NCBI GenBank assembly: GCA_028275775.1 | Contig: JAPWTZ010000002.1 | Coordinates: 10,092 to 42,091 of the forward strand | Direction: 5' to 3' | DNA from: Candidatus Nanopusillus sp. | GTDB taxonomy: Archaea; Nanobdellota; Nanobdellia; Nanobdellales; Nanobdellaceae | DNA length: 32,000 nucleotides | Shown: one piece after another, positions 1-8,976 of the stretch | How the letters are laid out: every line of letters begins with the position of its first letter | How positions within the stretch are numbered: position 1 is the stretch's first letter | The notes under the pieces: model-generated | Database searches by the model: none | What the model was told of the DNA's origin: nothing | The model's input: the letters and a program-made list of their open reading frames with translations, nothing else | Position numbers and translations under genes: made by a program

Positions 1-48
1 AGAATATCTGGAAAATATAAATAAAAAATTTTTATACAATAATATTTA

Positions 49-1188
49 ATGAAATTTGTTCATGTTTCTGATACCCATTTAGGATGTCAAATTCCAATAG
101 AATATGGTGAGATTAGAAAATATGATTTTTTAAATTCGTTTAAACAGGTTATAGAATTTGCAATTAAAGAAAAAGTTGACTTTATAATTCATTCTGGAGA
201 TTTTTTTGATGATTATTTTAGAATAGATTCAAAATATTTATTGGAAATATTAGATATATTATTTAAATTAAAGGATAATAAAATACCATTAATATTTATT
301 AAAGGAAATCATGATACAAAAGGGCAAAGACAAAATATTTTAGAAATATTGAAAAAATTGGATTTAATATATGAGGCAAATATAAAAGAACCATTTATAT
401 ATAAAGATATATATATTTATGGAATATCTGAACCATCAAATTTATCATATGAGCAATTAAGAATATATTATAAAAAGAATCTATCAAATTTGAAATTTGA
501 AAATAATGGTTATACTATATTTATGTTTCATGGTGCAGTAAATATATTTCCGGAAAATATTTTGGAAAGCTATAGTAAAGAGCCAAGGATTTTATCTTTA
601 GAAGATCTTCCTAAAGCAGATTATTATGCATTTGGACATTTTCATAAAAAACACTTAGAAAAACATGATAATATAATCTTTGCTTTACCAGGTTCTACTG
701 AAAGGACTGAAATATCAAAAGATGAAGAAAATATAAAGAAAGGATTTTTTTATGTAAAAGATGATAATATAGAATTTAAAGAATTAAATGTTAGGCCAAT
801 ATATATTTATGAAGATATAATAAATAATGATGATGGATTAAATAAATTAAAGAGTGATATTTATAATAAATCTAAAGAAACAATTATAAAAATTAAAGTT
901 AGATATAAAAAAGATTATTATATTAATATAAAAAATCTATTGGAAAATTTAATAGAATCGGGATATTTAATTTTAGATGATTCTTATTCTTTAGATGAAG
1001 AAATAAAATTAAATAATGAAGTAGTTACAATAGATAGTATAATGGATAATTCTCTTTTTGTAAATGATAAACAAGAAGTAATAAAAATGTTTAATTATAT
1101 AAAGGAATTATTTGATGAAATGTATTCGGGAAGGAATTCAGATTTAGATAGAATAAGGGAAACATTATTTAAACAATTAATAAAATGA
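49..1188 (+). CDS. mre11: DNA double-strand break repair nuclease Mre11 (calcineurin-like metallophosphoesterase)
   Basis: 379-aa ORF with the phosphoesterase motifs in canonical order: HVSDTHLG, SGDFFD, GNHD, MFHG, GHFH. Its stop overlaps the rad50 start in an ATGA (1185-1188), the usual archaeal mre11-rad50 coupling. Confidence 0.9.
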   Translation: MKFVHVSDTHLGCQIPIEYGEIRKYDFLNSFKQVIEFAIKEKVDFIIHSGDFFDDYFRIDSKYLLEILDILFKLKDNKIPLIFIKGNHDTKGQRQNILEILKKLDLIYEANIKEPFIYKDIYIYGISEPSNLSYEQLRIYYKKNLSNLKFENNGYTIFMFHGAVNIFPENILESYSKEPRILSLEDLPKADYYAFGHFHKKHLEKHDNIIFALPGSTERTEISKDEENIKKGFFYVKDDNIEFKELNVRPIYIYEDIINNDDGLNKLKSDIYNKSKETIIKIKVRYKKDYYINIKNLLENLIESGYLILDDSYSLDEEIKLNNEVVTIDSIMDNSLFVNDKQEVIKMFNYIKELFDEMYSGRNSDLDRIRETLFKQLIK

Positions 1189-3440
1189 GGATTAATAGAA
1201 TAAAATTAGAGAATTTTAAGATACATAAAAATTTAGAGATTAGTTTTGATGAAAAAAATATAATAATAGGAGAAAATGGAGTTGGTAAAACATCTATATT
1301 TCATGCAATATTGTTTGGTTTATTTGGAAAAGATTCTTTATCTAGTATAAATATATCAAATATATCATCTTTAATAAGAATTGGTTCATATAATTTAAAT
1401 GTAGAATTAGAAATATCTAATGGAAATAATTTATATAAAATAATAAGATCTTCAAATAATAATGGTGAATCTAAAGCAATATTATATGAAGGAAATAAAG
1501 TTATAGCCTCTGGGCCAGATATTGTTAATAAAAAAATAAAGGAAATATTGAATATAAATAGGATTGAGAAATTTACAGATGTATTGTATATAAAACAAGG
1601 AGATTTGGGAAGATATATAAATTTATCTGGAAAAATTGAATTAACAAAATTATTGGAAAAAATATTTGATATAGAATATTATTCTTTAATATTGAAAATA
1701 ATTGAAGGAGTAATAAAAGATTTAGAAAAAGAAAAGGAATATGAAGAAAAAGAAAGAAATTTATTATTAAAAGATATAGAATTATATAAAAATATTTTCG
1801 GAGATAGTGATATTGAAAAATTATTAGAAGAAGTTAATAAATATTTGGAATTAAAGAAAATGAGGGATAATTTATATAAAGATTATTTAGAGCTAAAAAC
1901 ATTGGAAAATAGTATAGATTATAACTTATTAACTCAGGAAAACTATTTAAATCAAAAGTTAAAAGAATATGAAGAAAAAGAGAAAGAATTATATGAAAAT
2001 ATATTAAATCTTGAATCTGAAAGAAAAAATCTTAAATATGAAAATTATTCAAAAGATTTATTGAATAGTTCTTTAGAATATTTAGAAAGTAGAAAAAAGG
2101 AATTGGAATATTTGGAAAATGTTGATGAAAAAGAATTAGAATATAAATTAAAAGAATTAAAGGAAATTTATTCAAATATAGAAAAATATATAGAATATAA
2201 AAATATAGAAAATGAAATAAAAAATATAGAAAATAAAAAGAAAGAATTGGAAAATAATATTATAATTTTAGAAAATAAAATAAAGGAGGAAGAAGAATAT
2301 TTAAATATATTAAATAGAGAAATATCTGAATGTCCAGTATGTAAAAGAGCTTTGGATGAGGATTTACACAAAAAATTACTAAATCAATATAAAGAAAGCT
2401 TAGATAAAGATAAAGAGAATTTAATTAAATTTAAAAATGAAAAAAATAATTTAGATAAACAATATCAGGAAATAGAAAATAAATATAGGTACTTTTTATA
2501 TATTCAAGGAAAAATTAAAGATAAAATAAATTTATCAGATATTGAAAATGAAAAAGCAAGAATTGAAAAAGAAATTAATGAAATAAGTTACAAAATAAAT
2601 CAAATAAATGAATATAAGATAATAAAGGATACAATAAATTATATAAAGAAAAGCGAATTGGATAAAGTAATAGATAATTTGAGAAAAGAATATCAAAACA
2701 TAAAAAATGAAATAAACAATATTAGATATTCTTTAATGAAGATAGATAATATGAAAAAGAATTTAGAAAAAATAAAAGATATATATAAAAGAAATAATTT
2801 AAGTTCTTTGAGTGAATTTGAAAACAAATTGAGTGAAATTGATAAAGAAATAAAGAAATATGAAAATTTAAAGCCAGAGTTAATAAAAAATTATAAAGAA
2901 AAACTAAATATGTATAATAATATAAATGAGAAATTAAAGAATATAAGTAAAAATATAAATAATTTGAGATCCCTATATAATGTTCTATTAAAATATATAG
3001 AAGTTAATAGAGAAAAACTATCAAAAAATTTAGAAAATGCATTTAGATTCTATTTTAAGAAATTATATAGATATCAAGATATTATAGATGTTGGAATAGA
3101 TATAAAAGAAAGTAAAGTAAAAGATGAGAAATTATTTTATATTTATGTAATTAAAAATATTGATGGGAAAAGTATTAAAAAATATATTGATGAAGCTGGA
3201 TTAAGCGGAGGACAAATAAAGATATTGGATTTAGCATTGAGATTAGCAATTGCTTCAATACTTAATTTAAACATTAATGTACTATTGTTAGATGAACCTA
3301 CAGAATCTTTAGATGAAAATATAAGATTATCTTTAGCCCAATTAATATCAAGTTTGGATAATTATCAAGTAATATTATGTACGCATGATGATTTGTTTAA
3401 AGATAATGTTGAAGGAAAAATAATAGAAATTAAAAGGTAA
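1185..3440 (+). CDS. rad50: DNA double-strand break repair ATPase Rad50 (SMC-like ABC ATPase)
   Basis: 751 aa. Walker A GENGVGKTS (1269-1295), a long K/E/N-rich coiled coil, a central zinc hook CPVC (2331-2342), ABC signature LSGGQ (3201-3215) and Walker B LLLDEP (D-E-P at 3291-3299). Confidence 0.9.
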   Translation: MRINRIKLENFKIHKNLEISFDEKNIIIGENGVGKTSIFHAILFGLFGKDSLSSINISNISSLIRIGSYNLNVELEISNGNNLYKIIRSSNNNGESKAILYEGNKVIASGPDIVNKKIKEILNINRIEKFTDVLYIKQGDLGRYINLSGKIELTKLLEKIFDIEYYSLILKIIEGVIKDLEKEKEYEEKERNLLLKDIELYKNIFGDSDIEKLLEEVNKYLELKKMRDNLYKDYLELKTLENSIDYNLLTQENYLNQKLKEYEEKEKELYENILNLESERKNLKYENYSKDLLNSSLEYLESRKKELEYLENVDEKELEYKLKELKEIYSNIEKYIEYKNIENEIKNIENKKKELENNIIILENKIKEEEEYLNILNREISECPVCKRALDEDLHKKLLNQYKESLDKDKENLIKFKNEKNNLDKQYQEIENKYRYFLYIQGKIKDKINLSDIENEKARIEKEINEISYKINQINEYKIIKDTINYIKKSELDKVIDNLRKEYQNIKNEINNIRYSLMKIDNMKKNLEKIKDIYKRNNLSSLSEFENKLSEIDKEIKKYENLKPELIKNYKEKLNMYNNINEKLKNISKNINNLRSLYNVLLKYIEVNREKLSKNLENAFRFYFKKLYRYQDIIDVGIDIKESKVKDEKLFYIYVIKNIDGKSIKKYIDEAGLSGGQIKILDLALRLAIASILNLNINVLLLDEPTESLDENIRLSLAQLISSLDNYQVILCTHDDLFKDNVEGKIIEIKR

Positions 3441-3771
3441 TTATTGTATATCCTTGATCTACTAACTTATTAATTTCTTCATATGAAAATATTTTATCTT
3501 TATATATTAATTTTTCTTCTGGTATATTAAATTTTACCATGCATTTTTCACATGCATATATATTTATATCTAAATTTTTTATATCCCCCAAATGTTTAAA
3601 TATGATTAAATTACATTCTTCATTTTCTTTATTTAATGCTTTAATTCCTTCTAAAGTAAAACAAATTTTTATATCTTCTGCTCCACTCATTTTTAATACC
3701 TTTGAAAATTCTAAAGCCATTTCTACTGTATTTTTGTCATCTTTTGTTAATAATATTAAATATTTTGCCAT
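3430..3771 (-). CDS. small DsrE/DsrF-like (sulfur-relay fold) family protein, function unknown
   Basis: 113 aa. Size, alternating beta-alpha pattern and the C-terminal ...[14 protein letters not shown]... segment resemble DsrE/TusD-like proteins. The family call is by eye only. The 3' end overlaps the rad50 3' end by 11 nt. Confidence 0.4.
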   Translation of the reverse strand: MAKYLILLTKDDKNTVEMALEFSKVLKMSGAEDIKICFTLEGIKALNKENEECNLIIFKHLGDIKNLDINIYACEKCMVKFNIPEEKLIYKDKIFSYEEINKLVDQGYTIITF

Positions 3772-3830
3772 TGAAATATAACAATGTTATTATTTATAAA
3801 TGTTTAAGTATTTATTTCAGAATTATTAAT

Positions 3831-4682
3831 ATGATATATAAAGTTAGAACATATATACCAGGATTTGATGAAATATTATATGGAGGGATACCTGAAAGAA
3901 ATGTAGTATTATTAAGTGGAGGACCTGGTACAGGAAAATCTATTTTAGGTAAACAGTTTTTATATAATGGATTAAAGAATAATGAAAATGGAGTATTTGT
4001 TGCATTGGAAGAACATCCAGTAAGTGTAAGAAGAAGTTTTAAGAATTTTGGATGGGATATATCAAAATATGAAGAAGAAGGAAAATTGGCAATCGTAGAT
4101 GCATTTACTGGTGGAACTGGAACTGCAGCTCAAAGAGAAAAATATTTAGTGAGAGATTTAGATAATATACATGAACTATTAGATGTTGTAAGACAGGCAA
4201 TAAAAGATACAAATGCTAAAAGGGTTGTTATTGATTCTGTTTCTACATTATATTTAACAAAACCAGCAATGGCAAGATCTATAGTAATGTCATTAAAAAG
4301 ATTAATTGCAGGTTTAGGATGTACTGCAATATTTGTTTCTCAAATTTCTGTTGGTGAAAGGGGATTTGGTGGACCTGGAGTTGAACATGCAGTAGATGGA
4401 ATTGTAAGAATGGATTTGGATGAAGTAGATGGAAAATTATATAGATCAATTATTGTATGGAAAATGAGAGATACAAAACATAGTTTATTAAGACATCCAA
4501 TGGAAATAAATGAAAATGGAATAAAAATTGAATGGGATAAATATATTAGAATAGGAATTAATAATGTAAAAATAGATAATATACCTCAAGAAATGATTGA
4601 AGAAATAAATAAAGCTATGCAAGAAGTTGAGAAATATTCAGAATATAAAAAGACTAATGTTCAAGAATTTGAAGAAGAATAA
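3831..4682 (+). CDS. KaiC-like RecA-superfamily ATPase (single KaiC domain, archaeal RadA-paralogue type)
   Basis: Begins [29 protein letters not shown] (Walker A), followed by RVVIDSVS (Walker B-like) and an acidic C-terminal tail. I start at ATG 3831 (MIYKVRTY...). The 43 upstream codons of tracked ORF 3702 are low-complexity and overlap the divergent gene at 3430-3771. Confidence 0.8.
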   Translation: MIYKVRTYIPGFDEILYGGIPERNVVLLSGGPGTGKSILGKQFLYNGLKNNENGVFVALEEHPVSVRRSFKNFGWDISKYEEEGKLAIVDAFTGGTGTAAQREKYLVRDLDNIHELLDVVRQAIKDTNAKRVVIDSVSTLYLTKPAMARSIVMSLKRLIAGLGCTAIFVSQISVGERGFGGPGVEHAVDGIVRMDLDEVDGKLYRSIIVWKMRDTKHSLLRHPMEINENGIKIEWDKYIRIGINNVKIDNIPQEMIEEINKAMQEVEKYSEYKKTNVQEFEEE

Positions 4683-4685
4683 TTA

Positions 4686-4714
4686 AAGAAGCTGAATATC
4701 CTTCTTGATTTTTT
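4686..4714 (+). terminator. putative terminator after the KaiC-like gene: short hairpin plus T6
   Basis: AAGAAG (4686-4691) pairs with CTTCTT (4701-4706) across a 9-nt loop, followed by TTTTTT at 4709-4714. This lies 4 nt after the stop codon. Oligo-T is the main archaeal termination signal. Confidence 0.35.
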
Positions 4715-4785
4715 GATTATATGATTTACTAAGAAAATATATCAAAATATGAAGGCCTATATATTTTAAAGAAATTATTAATACC

Positions 4786-5991
4786 ATGATATATACATTT
4801 TTTAATCTAATGTTAATATTACTTATTGGTATTTTTGCAGGTATTATAGGTTCTATAACAGGTCTGGGCGGTGGAGCGATTATTTCTCCAATTTTAACAA
4901 TATTCCTAAATTATCCATTATATTTAACAATTGGTATATCTTTATTATCTACTATTTCTACATCTTTATCTTCATCTTTAACATATATAAAGAAAAAGAT
5001 TGCTAATGATAATATAGCAGTTAGCTTATTAACAGCTACAACCTTTGGTGCTATATTTGGATTTCTTTTAAATAACTATTTATATACTCATAATCTATTT
5101 TTTATTGTATATATAATATTTGGGGTTGTATTATTATTATCTTCAATATTTTTGATAATAAAGAATTTAAAAGAGAAATATTATCCATCAAAGCCTGATG
5201 AATCTACATATTTCTTTAATTTATTTGGAAAATATGAAGAAAAAGGAAAGACAATATATTATGATGGAGTAAGATGGATTTATGGATGGATTGTTATGTT
5301 ATTTGCAGGTTTTGTTTCTGGTTTATTAGGAATTGGTTCAGGGATATTAAAAGTTTTGGGAATGGATTTAATAATGAATTTGCCAATAAAAGTAAGTACT
5401 ACTACTAGTAATTTTATGATAGGAGTAACTGCTGATACATCTTCAATTTTATATTTCAAAGCTGGTTATATAGACTTTATTTTATTGCCTTTCATTACTT
5501 TAGGGGTTTTAATTGGTTCGAGGATCGGAACTAGATTATTAATGAAATTAAAGGATAATATAATAAGATTCATTTTTATAATATTTATATCATATTTAGG
5601 TGCAAGATTATTATTAGAAGGTTTGAATATCAATAATATAATTTATTCATTATTAATTGCTTTTTTAGTCTCTTTAATTTCACTTATATTATTAAAAAAG
5701 GTAAAATTTAAAGAAAAAGAAGAAGAAAAATTAAATTTTGAAAAATATATTAAAGAAGATGATATTTTTATTAATAAAATGTATAAAATTCAAAAAGTTG
5801 CAGTTATTATATTATTTATTCTAAATATTATGGCTATAATATATTATTTATTAATGAAGAATATCTTATTATCATATATTTATTATTTTATTTTGATTTC
5901 TGTACCATTTATAGAAGTTCTAATGGAACTAAAGAAATATCTTAATGAAAAGAATATATTATATAGCATTATCGACAATAATTATAGTTAA
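4786..5991 (+). CDS. TauE/SafE (TSUP) family membrane transporter with a C-terminal extension
   Basis: 401 aa, polytopic. It has the duplicated G-rich motif typical of TSUP proteins (ITGLGGGAIISPIL near the N-terminus, LLGIGSGILKV in the second half). An extra charged linker (KEKEEEK) plus two more TM helices sit at the C-terminus. Confidence 0.6.
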   Translation: MIYTFFNLMLILLIGIFAGIIGSITGLGGGAIISPILTIFLNYPLYLTIGISLLSTISTSLSSSLTYIKKKIANDNIAVSLLTATTFGAIFGFLLNNYLYTHNLFFIVYIIFGVVLLLSSIFLIIKNLKEKYYPSKPDESTYFFNLFGKYEEKGKTIYYDGVRWIYGWIVMLFAGFVSGLLGIGSGILKVLGMDLIMNLPIKVSTTTSNFMIGVTADTSSILYFKAGYIDFILLPFITLGVLIGSRIGTRLLMKLKDNIIRFIFIIFISYLGARLLLEGLNINNIIYSLLIAFLVSLISLILLKKVKFKEKEEEKLNFEKYIKEDDIFINKMYKIQKVAVIILFILNIMAIIYYLLMKNILLSYIYYFILISVPFIEVLMELKKYLNEKNILYSIIDNNYS

Positions 5992-6062
5992 TTTAACAAT
6001 AGGTATGTTTGTATTACCATTCTTAATTTTATAAATTATTATCCTTTAATAATGAAAAAATT

Positions 6063-6710
6063 TTATAAAAAGTCAAGTATATTTTTTTGATTTCTCTTCT
6101 TTATTCTTTTAACTGTCATCCATGATTCTCTTACATAATCTTTTATTTTATCATAATCTTTTTTTAATACCTCTATTGTTTTTTCATCAGATGGATATCC
6201 AGAACCAATATCTAAATTTAATTTCTCTTTTATTTTATCTATTTCTTTATCTCTAATAACTTTTGCAATAATTGAAGCTGCAGATACTACAGGATATTTT
6301 TTATCTGCCTTATTTTCTGCAATTATTTCGACATTTATTTTTAAATTATTTTTTATATATTCTACTACCTTTTTTGTATTAACCATTGGAGAATCAATTA
6401 TTACTTTATCTGGTTTTATTTCTTCAATTATCTTTATCATATTTTCAAATTCCAAATAATTTAATCTATTTCTATATACATAATAATCTATTGTTTTTGG
6501 ATCTATTATTATATATTTATATTTATCTGTTAATTTTATTATTTCATTGTATATTTCTTCTCTTTGTTTTCTCGTTAATTCTTTAGAATCTCTAACACCC
6601 AAAGATTTTAATAATTCAATTTTTTCTTCTTCAATACAATATCCAGCAATTACCATTGGCCCAATTACAGGCCCTCTTCCAGCTTCATCAATTCCTAATA
6701 TTAATTTCAT
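6063..6710 (-). CDS. rnhB: ribonuclease HII
   Basis: 215 aa. N-terminal GIDEAGRGPVIGPMV catalytic motif, later DSK and SAASIIAKV motifs. The start overlaps the cbf5 stop by 4 nt. Confidence 0.9.
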   Translation of the reverse strand: MKLILGIDEAGRGPVIGPMVIAGYCIEEEKIELLKSLGVRDSKELTRKQREEIYNEIIKLTDKYKYIIIDPKTIDYYVYRNRLNYLEFENMIKIIEEIKPDKVIIDSPMVNTKKVVEYIKNNLKINVEIIAENKADKKYPVVSAASIIAKVIRDKEIDKIKEKLNLDIGSGYPSDEKTIEVLKKDYDKIKDYVRESWMTVKRIKKRNQKNILDFL

Positions 6711-7726
6711 TGTACACTAGATTTTTTCCACACTCTTGGATATATACCTCTTTTCATAATAACTCTATCAATATCAACCGCAATGCCTTTTTCAGAATTT
6801 AAAATTTTTTCAGAATCCATTAATGCAGTTCCATATGCAACCAATTCTCCTTTTAATGTAAATATCGTTACTAAATCTCCTTCTTTTATATTTGAATATA
6901 ATTTTGATATTCCCTTTACTGTCAAATTTGCTCCATGTGCAATTGCATCTACTGCTGTATCTAATATCCAAATTTTCTTTGTATGTTCTGCTGCAACTTC
7001 TGCTGGTAGAAAAACCCTTCTTATATATTTTTCATTATTCTCATTTCTCCAAAACCATATTGAATCAACTATATCTTGTAAGGTAGATAAAGGATATTTT
7101 TCGGAATCTTCTTTTAGTTCTCCAACCCTAATTCTTCTTAATTGTTGCATGTGTGCTTTTGTTCCTAAAGCTTTTCCTATATCATCTATTAATTTTCTTA
7201 TATATACTCCAGCTTCTGTTGCAATTTGTAATAACCAATCTCTTCCATCAACTTCCAATACTTTTATACAATAAACATTCTTTTCTCTAGGAACTTTTTT
7301 TACTGCAGATTTTAATGGGGGTTTTTGAATAATCTTTCCTTGGAATTTATTTAATACTTCATATACTTTATTTTCGTCAACATCACTATGTATATGCATC
7401 CATGCTATATATTCTTTTCCAGCAGTTAACAATAATTTTAATACTTTTGTTCCCCTTCCAATTCCTATTGGTAATACTCCAGTTACTTTTGGATCTAATG
7501 TACCTGCATGCCCAGCTTTTTTATTTAAAATATTCTTTATCCATCCAGAAACCTGATGCGATGTAGGACCTTTTGGTTTATCTAAATTAATAATTGAGAA
7601 ATCTAGCAATTCATTTATTGGTCTTTTCCATGGATCATAACCATATTTTTCATTTGTTTCTTCTTCTCTTTTAACAAGGATCTCATATTTTTCATTTTCA
7701 TATGGTAATTTACAATATTCTACCAT
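6707..7726 (-). CDS. cbf5: H/ACA RNP pseudouridine synthase Cbf5 (TruB family with PUA domain)
   Basis: 339 aa. It has the TruB catalytic motif HAGTLDPKVTGVLPIG and a C-terminal PUA-like segment (GDLVTIFTLKGELVAYGTAL). Confidence 0.9.
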   Translation of the reverse strand: MVEYCKLPYENEKYEILVKREEETNEKYGYDPWKRPINELLDFSIINLDKPKGPTSHQVSGWIKNILNKKAGHAGTLDPKVTGVLPIGIGRGTKVLKLLLTAGKEYIAWMHIHSDVDENKVYEVLNKFQGKIIQKPPLKSAVKKVPREKNVYCIKVLEVDGRDWLLQIATEAGVYIRKLIDDIGKALGTKAHMQQLRRIRVGELKEDSEKYPLSTLQDIVDSIWFWRNENNEKYIRRVFLPAEVAAEHTKKIWILDTAVDAIAHGANLTVKGISKLYSNIKEGDLVTIFTLKGELVAYGTALMDSEKILNSEKGIAVDIDRVIMKRGIYPRVWKKSSVQ

Positions 7727-7848
7727 AAAATTTTGATAATAAAAATTCCTATATGTGCAACTTTGAAATTTTAAGTATTTATTAATAAATTTTTCTACTA
7801 TTATTAATAGGTTATTATAATATACAAGCTTATTGAAGAAATAAAAAA

Positions 7849-8412
7849 CTATTGAGAAGGTTGATTAACTTCTTGTACAGTTGATTCTTTATTTTCTTCT
7901 TTATTTATATTTTGACCAAATAATTTTTCTTTATTTATATTTGAATAATGATTATAATTTATTTTATCTTCTTCATCAACTTTAACTAAATAACCTGGGG
8001 AAGATATTACTTTATCTCCTATAACAATATGCCTATGTACAATTAATTGTCTTGCCTGTTTTATTGTTTTTGCTAAACCCTTTCTAAATACAATTGTTTG
8101 TAATCTTCTTTCTAATATTTCTCTTACTGTTATATTTAAAGCTTCACTTATATCAGAATTTTTATTTAATAATCCTAATTTAACTAATCTATTCTTCAAT
8201 TTTTCTTCTTCTTTTGATACGTCTACTCCAGCAGCCTTTTTAGCATTTAAATATCTAACATAGAATCTTATTCTTCTAGCAATTGTAGAAGCTTTCCATA
8301 TTTCTCTTTTATTTTTTAATCCATATTGTTTTAATAATTGCCTTTCCTCTTCTATTCTATCCTTCTGCCATGGATGTCCAGGACTTTCCCAGGTTTTTCT
8401 ATTTCTCCACAT
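7849..8412 (-). CDS. rps4: 30S ribosomal protein uS4 (S4P/S9e)
   Basis: 187 aa. It carries the S4 RNA-binding domain LERRLQTIVFRKGLAKTIKQARQLIVHRHIVIGDKVISSPGYLV. It lies immediately downstream of uS13 with a 1-nt gap. Confidence 0.9.
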   Translation of the reverse strand: MWRNRKTWESPGHPWQKDRIEEERQLLKQYGLKNKREIWKASTIARRIRFYVRYLNAKKAAGVDVSKEEEKLKNRLVKLGLLNKNSDISEALNITVREILERRLQTIVFRKGLAKTIKQARQLIVHRHIVIGDKVISSPGYLVKVDEEDKINYNHYSNINKEKLFGQNINKEENKESTVQEVNQPSQ

Positions 8413-8413
8413 T

Positions 8414-8926
8414 TTATTCTTTATTTTCAGATTTTTGTTGAGCCCTTAATTCTTTACTCTTTATTACACCAACAGTAGCTCCTTTTCTATGATGTGATCT
8501 AGTCTTTTGTCCTCTAACAGGTAATTTATATTGATGTCTATTTCCTTTCCATGTTTTTAGTTCAATTTCTCTTTTTATATCCATTTTTACTTGAATTTCC
8601 CAATCAGGTCCTACTAAATGTTTATCTTGGCCATCTCTTGGATCTTTTCTTCTATTTAACATCCATGAAGGTATACCATAATTTTGTGGTCTTTTTAAAC
8701 AATCTTCCAATTTTTCCAATTCTTCATCTGTTAAAGATCCTAAAGCCTGCCATTTATTTATCTTTAATACATTACATATAGCATTGGCAAATCTCCAATT
8801 TACTCCAGGTATTTTTCTTAATTCTACAATTATTGGTTTATGTCCATTTAATTCTATTCCTGCAATACGTATAACATCTTTTAATGTACTTCCTTCAGGT
8901 ATTATTACTTTAAGTGCACCAGGCAT
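8414..8926 (-). CDS. rps13: 30S ribosomal protein uS13
   Basis: Has the IRIAGIELNG... S13 N-terminal motif and the basic tail RGQKTRSHHRKG. I prefer ATG at 8926 (MPGALKV...). The 16 extra codons of tracked ORF 8974 are hydrophobic nonsense and would abolish the spacer to herA. Confidence 0.85.
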   Translation of the reverse strand: MPGALKVIIPEGSTLKDVIRIAGIELNGHKPIIVELRKIPGVNWRFANAICNVLKINKWQALGSLTDEELEKLEDCLKRPQNYGIPSWMLNRRKDPRDGQDKHLVGPDWEIQVKMDIKREIELKTWKGNRHQYKLPVRGQKTRSHHRKGATVGVIKSKELRAQQKSENKE

Positions 8927-8948
8927 TAAAATATTTAGATAAAAAATG

Positions 8949-8955
8949 TTTAAAA
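8949..8955. promoter_or_regulatory. TATA-like element TTTAAAA at the centre of the 50-nt uS13/herA divergent spacer
   Basis: The centre (8952) is 26 nt from the uS13 ATG (8926) and 25 nt from the herA ATG (8977). Other AT-rich runs in the spacer are too close to the start codons. Caveat: the whole spacer is AT-rich. Confidence 0.35.
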
Positions 8956-8976
8956 GTATATTATAAATATACATCT

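Noticed and set aside
2199-2240. A direct repeat AAAATATAGAAAAT occurring twice with 21-nt period, plus similar periodic A/G-rich repeats across 1700-3000. I checked these as a possible tandem repeat or CRISPR-like array.
   Set aside because: They lie in frame within the Rad50 coiled coil (KNIENEIKNIENKK). This is heptad-like low complexity, not a repeat-spacer structure.
3702-3830. N-terminal extensions offered by the ORF track for the KaiC-like gene (3702), uS13 (8974) and herA (8914).
   Set aside because: The extensions are hydrophobic or low-complexity. They overlap divergent genes or erase the promoter spacers. Internal ATGs give N-termini that match the respective families ([42 protein letters not shown]).
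6783-7274. 163-aa plus-strand ORF antisense to cbf5. This is surprisingly long for an AT-rich genome, where stop codons should be frequent.
   Set aside because: It lies entirely inside the well-supported cbf5 gene, whose sequence is locally less AT-rich. Its translation is low-complexity (S/F/I-rich) with no motif and no promoter-like context. It is most likely a by-product of the codon pattern on the opposite strand.
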